Positions 27,469-39,890 of a stretch of DNA of 64,000 nucleotides are shown here, piece by piece. Position numbers and translations under genes: made by a program. Each line of letters begins with the position of its first letter. The first letter of the stretch is position 1. The stretch covers positions 83,080,001-83,144,000 of the forward strand of contig NC_043001.1 in NCBI RefSeq assembly GCF_006345805.1, in the 5' to 3' direction. The DNA is from Octopus sinensis (lineage: Eukaryota). Below the pieces are notes generated by a model, which made no database searches, was not told the origin of the DNA, and worked only from the letters and a program-made list of their open reading frames with translations.

Positions 27469-28218
27469 TTACTTCCGCTTTAGTGAAGGCTGTGGTATTG
27501 TTTTTCAGTCGTGTTTGTTTGTTTGTCCGTGGACAAGATAGCTCAAGAACCGCCGGATAGATTCGGATGAAACTTTTAGGGATGTTTGGCCTCGCGACCT
27601 GTACGAACTAATTAGATTTTGGGATCGATCCAGTACCGGACAAGGATTGTGGATTGTTTTTGCCCCCGCCTTAGAGAAGGTAGTGGTATTGTTTTCAGTC
27701 GTGTTCGTTTGTTTGTCCGTTGACAAGATATCTCAAGAACCGCTGGATGAAGCTTTCAGGGATGTTTGGCCTTGTAACTGGCACGGTCTCATTAGATTTT
27801 GGACTTCTGGATTATTTTTCCGATTCCTTTTACTTTACATGTATATGTAAAGTTTCACACAGTTCTCTTGTACACGCACACACATACACACATATACTCA
27901 CACATTTTCCACATTGAACATTATCATCCATTTCCATTGTACACGCACACACACACACACGCACGTAAACATATCTTTCCTTTACACATACATATACACA
28001 CACACTTCAAACACTGTTTATCGGCTTTTCATTCCTTCCTTCGTTATTCATCTATCACCCTTTCCTTTCTCATTCATACGACGCTCTCTTTGCCACTTCG
28101 TTTCGACTTTCTCATTGTCATTACTGTCTCTCACTCCCTCTCAGTCATGGCTATTACTCTCACTACGTCTCCTTCACTGTATTAGTATTTCATCTCCTCT
28201 CCCTTCAATTCTCACCTA

Positions 28219-28274
<56 letters not shown>

Positions 28275-28445
28275 TTTGATTATCTTTCTGTTTGAGAGCG
28301 GTCGGGTTCATTTTTAGTATTCTGGTGTTTGAGAGCAGTCGATTTTATTTAAGATATTCCCATTTTAAAAATCATTTCCGGTTAATCATTGAAAGGATGG
28401 TGATGTTGCCTTGGCGGAGGTTTGCGATCTCTTGCGTGCTCTTGT
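27469..28445 (+). mobile_element. Helentron-type (HINE-like) element with a tandemly duplicated 5' end
   Basis: 5' module at 27469 and again at ~27661; 3' GGCGGAGG..GTGCTCTTGTT at 28413-28445; same family as 18351-18955. Confidence 0.65.
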
Positions 28446-28764
28446 TTATATTTTCCTTATTTTATATGTATATGTAAATTTTCACACGAACACACATACA
28501 CACATATGCTCACACATTTTCAGCGCTGAACATTACCATCCCATTTCCATTGTACGTACACACATACACATACACACACACGCACACGCACACGCAAACT
28601 TATCTCTCTTTTACATACACATATACTCGCACTTCAAACGCCGTTTATAGACTTTTTCACTCCTTCCTTCGTTATTCATCAATCACCCCTTCCTTTCTCA
28701 TTCATACGACGCTCTCTTTGCCATTTTATCTCCTTTACTTTTAGCTCTCACTCCGGCTTTCTTT

Positions 28765-28825
<61 letters not shown>

Positions 28826-28910
28826 AGAATTCTACCAGCAGTATATTGGATAGATACTATCCCTTAGTTGGTTGGATTCACAATCTCTAACTCTCTTTGA
28901 ATTATATATG

Positions 28911-29069
<159 letters not shown>

Positions 29070-29649
29070 GTATTCATAAAATAAAGATAAAAATCACGTT
29101 GATGATAATGAAGTGTGTGAAGTCAATACATCGAATAAGGCTCACTGATGATCATTTGAAAGTAATTCTTATGGTCGAGTGCAGCAATCAAAAAGCAAAT
29201 GTTGATGATAATTTGGAAGCAAAACGCCCGATTCACAAATCTCATTAACTTTTGTGCTGCTTACTTTTTATGCAATTCAGCTATATGCACACTTTTTCTA
29301 AAAATTCTGACTTCGTAATATTTTGGTATTATTAAAATATGTTTATTGTTTTTATTATTTTGATTATTTTATGTATTGATAAATAAATAGGATGACTGTC
29401 TTTATTTTTTATGTACATGCAGTGTATTCTATATTGTACTGAATTGAACAAAATATTTAGCCGGCCCGCGCTTGGCATTCTTTTAGCTGTATCTGGCCCA
29501 CTATGAAAAAGCTTTGAAACCAAAAGGTTTCATGATATCCATTGAATGGTTTTATTTCAGATACTCTAATTTTAAAAATCATCACTGCTTAATCGTTGAG
29601 AGGATGTTGGTGTTGCTTTGATGGAGTGCTCTTGTTATTATTATTATTA

Positions 29650-30650
29650 TTCAGTAGTTTTATTTTTATAGCGTGCTTTCACTTCACTACCGAGCGCAGC
29701 TCTGTGTGCCTTGGGTATGTGCTGTGATTTGTTGTGATGCTCTGATGGTTATTGTATGGAAAGTGTTCTGCGTAGGATGTGTGCAGTGCCTAGTAGTGCA
29801 ATTTTCTGTATGTTATATGTGTTTGTAAGTCCTGGTGTTTTTGTTATGTATTTGTCTGAATATTTTTTTATCATGCCTAATGCACCTACTATGATAGGAA
29901 TTGTTTCTGTTTTCAGGTTCCACATTCTAGTTACCTCTATTTCCAGGTCTTTGTATTTTGAGAGTTTCTCCATTTCTTTTAGAGACACGTTGTCATCTGC
30001 CGGTATTGATACATCAATTAGAAAGCATTTTTTTTCTTCATGATCTCTGACAACTATATCTGGTCTGTTGGCCTTAATTTCTCTATCTGTGTGTATCGGC
30101 ATATCCCAGAGTATGGTTGCTTTCTCGTTTTCTGTGACCTTTTCTGGTGTGTGCCTATACCATCTTTTTTCTGTTGTTATTCCATAATGTTGGCATAGCT
30201 TCCAATGTATGTAGGTTCCAACTCTGTCATGTCTGTGAATATATTCCTTCTTAGCCAGGACTGGGCAGCTAGAGATAATATGATTTATTGTTTCTTGTCC
30301 ATCTCCACATATTCTGCAGTTACTTGTAATATTTCTTTTCATTACATGTTTTTGGTAATCTCTGGTGGGGAGGCTTTGGTCTTGTGCTGCAATTAAAAAT
30401 CCCTCTGTTTCTGCTTTGAGTCCTGAGCTTCTCAACCGTTGCTGGGATTTTTCTTTGTCTATTTCTTTTGCGTTTAGTTTAGTGCAGTATTTACCATGAA
30501 GGGACTTTTCTTGCCATCGTTTTATCATGACTCGTTGCTGTTCTATTTTTAGTTTGGATTTCATTTGTTTTATAGCTTTTGTTGTTTCTTCATCATCTTC
30601 TTCTTCTTCTTTGTGTTTATTAGGTGGTATGATTTCTTGTTTGTATTTGT
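29650..30650 (-). mobile_element. 5'-truncated Dong/R4-clade LINE with an open 3' ORF (CCHC finger plus restriction-like endonuclease)
   Basis: WQEKSLHGKY, AAQDQSLPTR, CRICGDGQETINHIISSC, RHDRV, RPDIVV..IDVSIP..EKLSKYKDL; about 300 codons without a stop; (TAA)n on both sides. Confidence 0.92.
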
Positions 30651-30651
30651 T

Positions 30652-30800
<149 letters not shown>

Positions 30801-30823
30801 TTATTAAAATTAAAAGCGGTGAG

Positions 30824-31010
30824 CTAGCAGATTTGTTAGCGCACTGGACAAAATGCTTAGCGGTAATTCCCCTCTTGTTACGTTCTGAATTCAAATTCCG
30901 CCGAAGTTGATTTTGACTTTCATCCTTTCGGGGTCGATAAAATAAGTACCAGTTGAACACTGGTTTCGATGTAGTTGGTTCATCCCCATCTCCCCCAAGC
31001 TGTTCTTATG
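30824..31010 (+). mobile_element. SINE family B
   Basis: Head follows (ATT)n; body near consensus. Confidence 0.85.
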
Positions 31011-31045
31011 GCAAAAATTTACAACAGCAACAGCAACAACAACAA

Positions 31046-31076
<31 letters not shown>

Positions 31077-31109
31077 TACAACTACGACGACGACGACGAC
31101 GACGACGAC

Positions 31110-31151
<42 letters not shown>

Positions 31152-31597
31152 AATAATAATGATATAGCAATTATAAGATACATAGCTAGGATTTCGTCAG
31201 ACCATACATCACTTCCCCCACCTCTTAGTGATGCAGAACAGCATGAAATCTGCTATTACAGAATATTCGGTCTCTTTTGTGCCGCACCTTAGCACGCATT
31301 TATGCATTTTCTCTTTTTACCATCCCATTTTCCATACATCCACATTATCAAATTAGGGTTAGGGTTAGCGTTACGGCGGTCAACTGGTGGAGTCACTAAC
31401 GCGCTCTGAGTTCAAATCCCACGAGGTCAACTTTCTCTAATCAATGAATAAACGAATGAGTACTGAACCAGGGTCGATTGTGCCCTTCAGCTAATTCTTC
31501 ATTTCCGTCTGTTTCTTTACTTTTTTTTAGAAGAAATCAGGCGTCGAGAGATCTGGAAAAGGATGCGTTCAGTCACATGTAAAATAAATAAATAATC

Positions 31598-31990
31598 ATT
31601 TCTACAATAGGCACAAGGCATGAAATTTGGGGGAGGGGGATAGTCGATTTAATCAACCCCAGTACGTAACTGGTACTTGATTTATCGACCCCGAAAGGAT
31701 GAAAGCCAAAGTCGACCTCGACGGAATTTGAACTCAGAACGTAGCGACGGGCGAAATACCTATTTCTTTACTACCCACAAGGGGCTAAACATAGAGGGAA
31801 CAAACAAGGACAGATGAACAGATTAAGTCGATTATATCGACCCCAGTGCGTAACTGGTACTTATTTAATCGACCCCGAAAGGATGAAAGGCAAAGTCGAC
31901 CTCAGCGGAATTTGAACTCAGAACGTAACGGCAGACGAAATACGGCTAAGCATTTCGCCCGGTATGCTAACGTTTCTGTCAGCTTGCCGC
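31598..31990 (-). mobile_element. SINE family B dimer
   Basis: Two bodies joined by the LINE-like linker. Confidence 0.9.
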
Positions 31991-32430
31991 AATATCTTAG
32001 GAGTAAGATACATCTTATCCTACGATATTGCTCATAAGACACTATTCAGGAGTTAAGCACCCATAGCATATATTATTATTGAACTAGAGCAGTTGTTACC
32101 AACGGTATTTTATCGCATGAGTCGAATGGTTAAGAGTAGTTGCCATTAAGAGGATGAATGATAACGATGATGTTATATTAGAAGACTATAATACCTTGTT
32201 TGTGTTAAATAAATTTTTGGTACTGAAATTGATGAAATTTGCAAAGTTCAAGCAACAAAAATAGCTACTTTTGACAGTTTCTTCTGTGATACAGCTTATG
32301 ATATTTGTTGTTATACGCAAAATTGAAGGAAATATCCGTCAAGAAATGACAAGCGATATGAAAACGCACAGAACGGTTTAAAGCATTTTTACATACCGTA
32401 AATGTTATGCATGAAACCGCCATTACTTAC

Positions 32431-32474
32431 CGCATCATTATAAGGTCGAGGAGCACTTTTGAATGAGATCGCAT
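32431..32474 (-). CDS. Candidate 44-nt internal exon of an unidentified host gene
   Basis: Acceptor TATATCTTTTCTATCTTCAG, donor GCG|GTAAGT; two open frames, (D)AISFKSAPRPYNDA or MRSHSKVLLDLIMM(R); no homology recognised. Confidence 0.4.
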
Positions 32475-33118
32475 CTGAAGATAGAAAAGATATACGTGTA
32501 TTAAGGTTTGCCTTTCTATAAGGGTAAAATTGAGGAAACCATTTGTATCATTCCATTGCCATAATACTATTCAAAACTTCTTTTCTATATTAAATTGCTT
32601 GTTCCATTTTTCATGATCGTTTGAAAATCGGCAAGGCGAAACTCGGAGTAATGGTCAGTGAAAATTTAGCTTCTAAGAAGTTATCTTATTCTACGTATAG
32701 TACCGAGTACTCCGCCTTCTCTCTCTGTTTCTGGCCCCCCTCTCCCTCTTTCTCTCTCGTTCATAGTTATGTATAAAATGTCTCATCTCTTCTCTCCCCC
32801 TGATTATGCATGTATGTTTGCGTGCATGTGAATGTGCGAGCATGTCTGTGAATGTATGTGTGTTCTGTGTGTGTATGTATGTGTGTGTGTGTGTGTGTTT
32901 GCATGAAATATGTTTGGATTTATAAAGAGGAGGGTAATCAATGCGGTATTTAAAGTATGTATATTCTATTTTTGAAACGGAAAACAATCTAGCTCTAACT
33001 CATCGAGTTTCGTGTGTAACACTTGTCAAACTCAAGGGGTTTGAAGCGAGGCGCCAGAGTAACTGGTAATATACTCTCAACTTCAATACGTGTGCATGTA
33101 TTTGTGTGTATGTACATG

Positions 33119-33209
<91 letters not shown>

Positions 33210-33401
33210 CTATATATATATATATAGATACATACATACATACATATATATTCCTAAACATATATATATGTACACAACTGTACATATATATGTATGTACA
33301 CATCTGTATTTATGTATGAGTATGTATGCATATAAGTATGAATGGGTATATGTATGCATGTAGATATATATACATACATACATACATACATACAAACATA
33401 C

Positions 33402-33469
<68 letters not shown>

Positions 33470-34490
33470 TCTGTGTGTGCGTCTGAGTGTGTATATGTAT
33501 ATCTATATACATACATACGTATATATATGAACATGGTGTATATGCATACAATATATCTGTATACATACATACATACATACATATATATATATATATGCAC
33601 ACACACACACGCATACACACACACATATATATATAGAGAGATACATAACTTTTCCTACATTTCTATATGTATGTATGTATGTATAAACATGTGTATGTTC
33701 GTACGTGTATAAACATGTGTATGTTCGTACATATGTGTATATTTATTCTATATATGCATGTGTATGTGTGTGTATGATTGTGTGTTTATGTGCATGCGTT
33801 TGTGTGTGTGTGTTTTTTTGTGTGTATGTGTTTGCGCGCGTGTGTGTGTGTGTGTCTGTCTGTCTGTCTATGCATGTGTCTAAATTCAATGTCCTTCAGG
33901 CGAGTGACGAATTTGGTTGGTTGTGTTCAAAGAGCAGTCAGGCAGACAGACAGACTGACGCTGAAGCTCCAACAGACAGGCAGCCAAGCAGACATGCAGA
34001 CATGCTGACAAACAGTCTGACAGACAAACAGTCAATCTGCCTGCTATGAGTCATCTCACCAATTGTCTTGAGAGAGAGAGAGAGAGAGAGAGAGAGTGAC
34101 AGACGGAGAGACAGACAGAGATGGAAAAAAAAGAAAGTGAAGAGAGTGTGTAAAAGAATGAAAAAGAAAAACAATATGGCGACATGAGGGGGTGTGTTAT
34201 ACAGCATCCAACCTCCTAGACCCTTATCTTTCGCACCCCTTTGTAACTGCCCCCTTCCCCCATTGCAGGAACCCTCGTTTTATAAGCCTTCCCTTTACCC
34301 CCTCACTGCACCCATACACCCCTACTGAAAGTTTACCTTCCCAATTACTCCCTCGTTGGTAGACGCCCCCACCTCTGTTCAACCACACACTCACCCACCC
34401 CTCAGCACCGCCACTATCACCCCACTCATTTCTCTGCGACTCCCTCATGCCGCCGTCTCCACCATAAACGCATACATATGCTCACACACA

Positions 34491-34528
<38 letters not shown>

Positions 34529-34608
34529 GACACATATACACAAACACACACTGACACACATGTACACAAACACACCCCCACACACAAACACACATACACA
34601 AACAAACA

Positions 34609-34890
34609 CACACAAACACTGATACACATACACAAACACACACACTGACACACAAATACACAAACACACACGCGCACGCATACACACATACAGATACTCA
34701 CACACACACAAACACTGATACATACACACAAATACACACACTGACACAAATACACAAACACACACGCGCACGCATACACACATACAGATACTCACACACA
34801 CACAAACACTGATACATACACACAAACACACACACTGACACACATATACACAAACACACATACGCACGCATACACACATACAGATACACA
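34609..34890. repeat. Higher-order ~95-bp repeat x3 built from a CA microsatellite
   Basis: AAACACTGATA at 34614, 34710 and 34804. Confidence 0.8.
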
Positions 34891-35901
34891 CGCAGATACA
34901 CAAACAAAATCACCACCCCCACACAGATCGTAATGGTGGGGGGCCTCTATCGGGACTTTTGCTTTTTTCCACCCTCGCCACGCCATTAACTGCCTTCCCC
35001 CCGTCACCTTAGCAACGGCAAGTGCCTGCATCATCACAAACAACAACTCCACCACTACCACCGCCACCATCACAACCATAACAACAATAACAACAATTAT
35101 CATTAGAACCACTATCACCTACTACCACAACCACTACTACTAACACATAAACAGAAACACCACCACCACCACCACTACCACCACACCACCACCACCATTA
35201 TTACAATATAACCATCATACTACATCCAACATCTTCACAACACAACCACTATTATTAGCACCGTCACCATCACCATCACCACCACCACCACCTCCACCAC
35301 CACCACCACCACGACAATTACAACAACCATCGTCATAACCATTAACGTCAACAACAACCATCACAACAACAAAAGTAGCAGCAACTGTACCATCACTACA
35401 ACAGTACAACCTCTACTCTAACAATCACCACCACTGCAACAACCATCAGTACTCCCCACCCCCCCGCGAAAAAAAAGCTGCATCATTACCACCGATACCA
35501 TCACAAAAGTACAACCACCGCCACCATAACATCCAATATTATCACTACAACCATCCCCTCCACCATCATCACCAATACAATAATCCCCACCACTAGACCC
35601 ATCGCCACCACAATAAACATCACCACCATTGCAGCCATCACCACTACGAACGTCACTATCAGCACCACCGCACACTAACTGGTGTACTCCACCGCATTCA
35701 ACAACCTGTGCAAGGAGTGACACACCACACTCAACACATACGCACACACACGCAGGAACATACGCAAATACGCACACAAGACATACACACGCATACATAA
35801 GAACACTTATAAACACACAGACGCACAGATGTATATAAGTATTTTAAACTTAAATATAATTTCATTCACATAAATACACAAGCACACGGAATATATATAT
35901 A

Positions 35902-35981
<80 letters not shown>

Positions 35982-36005
35982 TATATCATATTTTTGCTGA
36001 AGTCA

Positions 36006-36065
<60 letters not shown>

Positions 36066-37102
36066 CAAATATATAGTATATATATTTATATGCACATATA
36101 TACCTATTTAAAAGGTAAACAAACACGTCACAATTTTACACGTGCACAAACTTTTATACATTCACATATGTATACACAAACACACATATCTAAAGAATAA
36201 CTGTATTTATTAAAAGACACATATACATGTATACATCCGTTTGCACATACATATGTTAGTACATAGAAGCACACATTAACTAACTCATACAAACATACAC
36301 ATATACGCACACACATTTGTTTAAAAGTATATACACACACGCATACACATATGCCTATATACACAAAGCCACGTGGGAAATACATTCTACAGAAAAAAAC
36401 TTAATAGACAGAGAAGCACACACGTGCACGTATGTCTGAGCGTGTGTGTGTGTGTGTGTGTGTATGTGAGCAGTAATATGATTTCTCTGTTTTGCAGTAT
36501 CTATGAATTACGCGTGTGTGCAGACATAAATACGTGTGTACATGTGAATGCGTTTGCATATGTGTGTGTGTGTGAGTCTGTGAGTGTGTATGGGTTTTCA
36601 AAGATTTATTCATTGTTAAACAACTAATAATATCATATTACACACACCCCCACATGCAAATATGTATTTTTAATTTACTGCATTAAGCTGCATACTGACA
36701 CATGAAAGCAGGCATGCACAATAACAAACATACATATACATAAAAGTATGCACCTAAATACTGACAGACGCATACTTACATATTTACTGCACACTGACAA
36801 ATAGCAGATACGTAAGAAGAGTATGAGAAACAAGCATGATCACACACACACACACACACACACATGTATATATATATACTTAACCAGCTCAAGTGTAACT
36901 GCCCGAAATGGTCGTGACGTCTGGCACTTGAGTGAGGAAAGAAGGCCACGACTGACCCGACTTTTTTTGCCTGCCCTTCTAATTGTTGTTTCTCTTGTCC
37001 GCCTTTGTATCGTCTATTTCCGAATATTTTTATTGTCCTCTATTGCGTTTTTGTTCCATTTATATAATATTATATATATATATATATCTATATATATTAT
37101 AG

Positions 37103-37148
<46 letters not shown>

Positions 37149-37194
37149 ATATAGGTATATGAAAGAATGGAGTTGAACCACTAGTTAACAATAT

Positions 37195-37289
37195 CCTTTA
37201 TTCTCGACATATGTTTCGAAGGCTGCATATTCCTAATTCCGAAGGAATAAGGAGTACATTATGCAGATTTCTCAACAGGAAAATCAAGG
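37195..37289 (-). ncRNA. Type I hammerhead ribozyme motif (A6U variant), left arm
   Basis: Reverse complement of 37428-37522. Confidence 0.7.
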
Positions 37290-37427
37290 AACTTATGTCG
37301 ACATCAAAATGCACAAAGTTTTTTGTGCATTTTGTATATATAAGTATGTATATATAAGTATGTATATATAAGTATATATAAGTATGTATATAAAAGTTTT
37401 TTGTGCATTTTGATGTCGACATAAGTT

Positions 37428-37522
37428 CCTTGATTTTCCTGTTGAGAAATCTGCATAATGTACTCCTTATTCCTTCGGAATTAGGAATATGCAGCCTTCG
37501 AAACATATGTCGAGAATAAAGG
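37428..37522 (+). ncRNA. Type I hammerhead ribozyme motif (A6U variant), right arm
   Basis: Stem I CCUUGAUUUUC/GAGAAUAAAGG (10 of 11 pairs including G-U); core CUGUUGA; extended stem II (CUGCAUA/UAUGCAG, UCCU/AGGA, AUUC/GAAU); GAAA; palindromic stem III ACAUAUGU; GUC site after 37511. Confidence 0.7.
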
Positions 37523-37720
37523 ATATTTGTTAACTAGTCGTTCAACTCCATTCTTTCATATACTTATAATTTTAAAATAAACATACAAATTTCCGCACGA
37601 AGACATGTAGTCTATGCCCTAGGGACGTAGCTTCAACCGTGTTCTTTCTGATGTGAATTTGCTACCCAGGTATCGGTTATCTTTCGAATTATCCTTAATA
37701 AGATATTCAATTCAACTACT

Positions 37721-37782
<62 letters not shown>

Positions 37783-37906
37783 CAACAATCAAGGAACGGC
37801 CATAATAGGCCATTCACCCACCCATAGAAATAACAGCCAAAGCTTCAACCGCAAATAAAAGTCAATTCCGTAAACAGGAGAAAATTTAAAAAACATTTAC
37901 CCTGTA

Positions 37907-38013
37907 ATTTCTTATACGGTGCACCGTTTCGTCTGCTGTTTAATGGTAAACTAACCTGATTAAATTAAATCAAGCCAATCTTCCATAGGCCCTCAGATTC
38001 TTCAGTAAGAAAT
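37907..38013 (-). ncRNA. Type I hammerhead ribozyme, array copy 1
   Basis: Stem I AUUUCUUA/UAAGAAAU (8 bp); core CUGAAGA; stem II base AUCUG/CAGAC (A-C at 10.1-11.1) with ~58-nt branched insert; GAAA; stem III ACGG-UGCA-CCGU; GUA cleavage between + positions 37915 and 37914. Confidence 0.85.
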
Positions 38014-38395
38014 AGCCACAAGTCGGAACAGATATTTACACGAGGCATTTCCGACCCTGCCAAGTTAATATCTGACCTAAAATTTTCAAATCATCGCACT
38101 CGCGCCAAATTTATCGGCAGCAAATAAATATAAGCCGTCGATTCCATTACGGAATTAACCAGAAAATTCATAATTAATCAATATAGGGTGCCAAAAAAAA
38201 TTTTGTAGAATTTTTTTGCCACCAGCGGCCTAGTGGGAAAAAAATAAATAGTCATAGACCATTTTTAAGTTCAACATCAACAATCAAGGAACGGCCATAA
38301 TAGGCCATTCACCCTAGAAATAACAGCCAAGCTTCAACCGCAAATAAAAGTCAATTCCGTAAACAGGAGAAAATTTAAAAAACATTTACCCTGTA

Positions 38396-38502
38396 ATTTC
38401 TTATACGGTGCACCGTTTCGTCTGCTGTTTAATGGTAAACTAACCTGATTAAATTAAATCAAGCCAATCTTCCATAGGCCCTCAGATTCTTCAGTAAGAA
38501 AT
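38396..38502 (-). ncRNA. Type I hammerhead ribozyme, array copy 2
   Basis: Same motif as copy 1, offset 489 nt. Confidence 0.85.
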
Positions 38503-38886
38503 AGCCACACAAGTCGGAACAGATATTTACACGAGGCATTTCCGACCCTGCCAAGTTAATATCTGACCTAAAATTTTCAAATCATCGCACTCGCGCCAAA
38601 TTTATCGGCAGCAAATAAATATAAGCCGTCGATTCCATTACGGAATTAACCAAAAAATTCATAATTAATCAATATAGGTGCCAAAAAAATTTTGTAGAAT
38701 TTTTTTGCCACCAGCGGCCTAGTGGGAAAAAAATTAAAAGTCATAGACCATTTTTAAGTTCAACATCAACAATCAAGGAACGGCCATAATAGGCCATTCA
38801 CCCACTAGAAATAACAGCCAAAGCTTCAACCGCAAATAAAAGTCAATCCGTAAACAGGAGAAAATTTAAAAAACATTTACCCTGTA

Positions 38887-38997
38887 ATTTCTTATACGGT
38901 GCGCACCGTTTCGTCTGCTGTTTAATGGTAAACTAACCTGATTAATTAAATCAAGCCAATCTTCTTCCATAGGCCCTCAGATTCTTCAGTAAGAAAT
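38887..38997 (-). ncRNA. Type I hammerhead ribozyme, array copy 3
   Basis: Same core and stems; stem III palindrome lengthened to ACGGUGCGCACCGU; cleavage site offset 491 nt from copy 2. Confidence 0.8.
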
Positions 38998-39099
38998 AGC
39001 CACAAGTCGGAACAGATATTTACACGAGGCATTTCCGACCCTGCCAAGTTAATATCTGACCTAAAATTTTCAAATCATCGCACTCGCGCCAAATTTTTA

Positions 39100-39172
39100 T
39101 ATATATATATATATATATAATATATATATATATTATATAATATATATATATATATATATATAATATATATAT

Positions 39173-39235
<63 letters not shown>

Positions 39236-39330
39236 CAACAATTTTTTTTTTTTGGCTGCTATTTCTAATGAGTTCAAGTATGTGGCAAAGTAATTTATTT
39301 TACTAAGCCCTTTATAAAATGTAATATATA

Positions 39331-39361
<31 letters not shown>

Positions 39362-39478
39362 GTATATATAGATATATATGTATGTATGTATGTATATATA
39401 TATATATGTATGTATGTATGTATATATATATATATGTATGTATGTATGTATATATATATATATATATATCATATATAT

Positions 39479-39518
<40 letters not shown>

Positions 39519-39579
39519 TATATATATATATATATTATATATATATAATATATATACACATATATTATTATATATATAT

Positions 39580-39615
<36 letters not shown>

Positions 39616-39859
39616 ATTTCAACAATTTTTTTTTTTTGGCTGCTATTTCTAATGAGTTCAGTATGTGGCAAAGTAATTTATTTTACTAAGCCCTTATAAT
39701 TATATATTTAATATATATATATAATATATATATATATTATATGTATATATAGATATATGTATGTATGTATGTATATATATATGTATGTATGTATGTAGTA
39801 TATATATATATATGTATGTATGTATGTATATATATAATATATATTCATATATATCATAC

Positions 39860-39890
<31 letters not shown>

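Larger units (their letters stand above)
37155..37563. repeat. Near-perfect inverted repeat (~163-bp arms), PLE pseudo-LTR-like
   Basis: Arms 37155-37317 and 37400-37563 differ by about one substitution and one indel; spacer contains TATATATAAGTATG repeats. Confidence 0.95.
37781..39096 (-). mobile_element. Retrozyme-like tandem array: about 2.7 copies of a ~490-bp hammerhead-bearing unit
   Basis: Units start at 37781, 38276 and 38765 on +; the last is partial (5'-truncated in ribozyme orientation); (TA)n on both flanks; no ORF. Confidence 0.7.

Noticed and set aside
31353-31376. TTAGGG TTAGGG TTAGCG TTACGG telomere-like hexamers
   Set aside because: Only two perfect units; expected by chance or within repeats.
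38022-38074. HDV-like ribozyme interpretation of the crossing helices
   Set aside because: P1 and P2 could be assigned, but P3, P1.1, P4 and the catalytic J4/2 cannot be formed.
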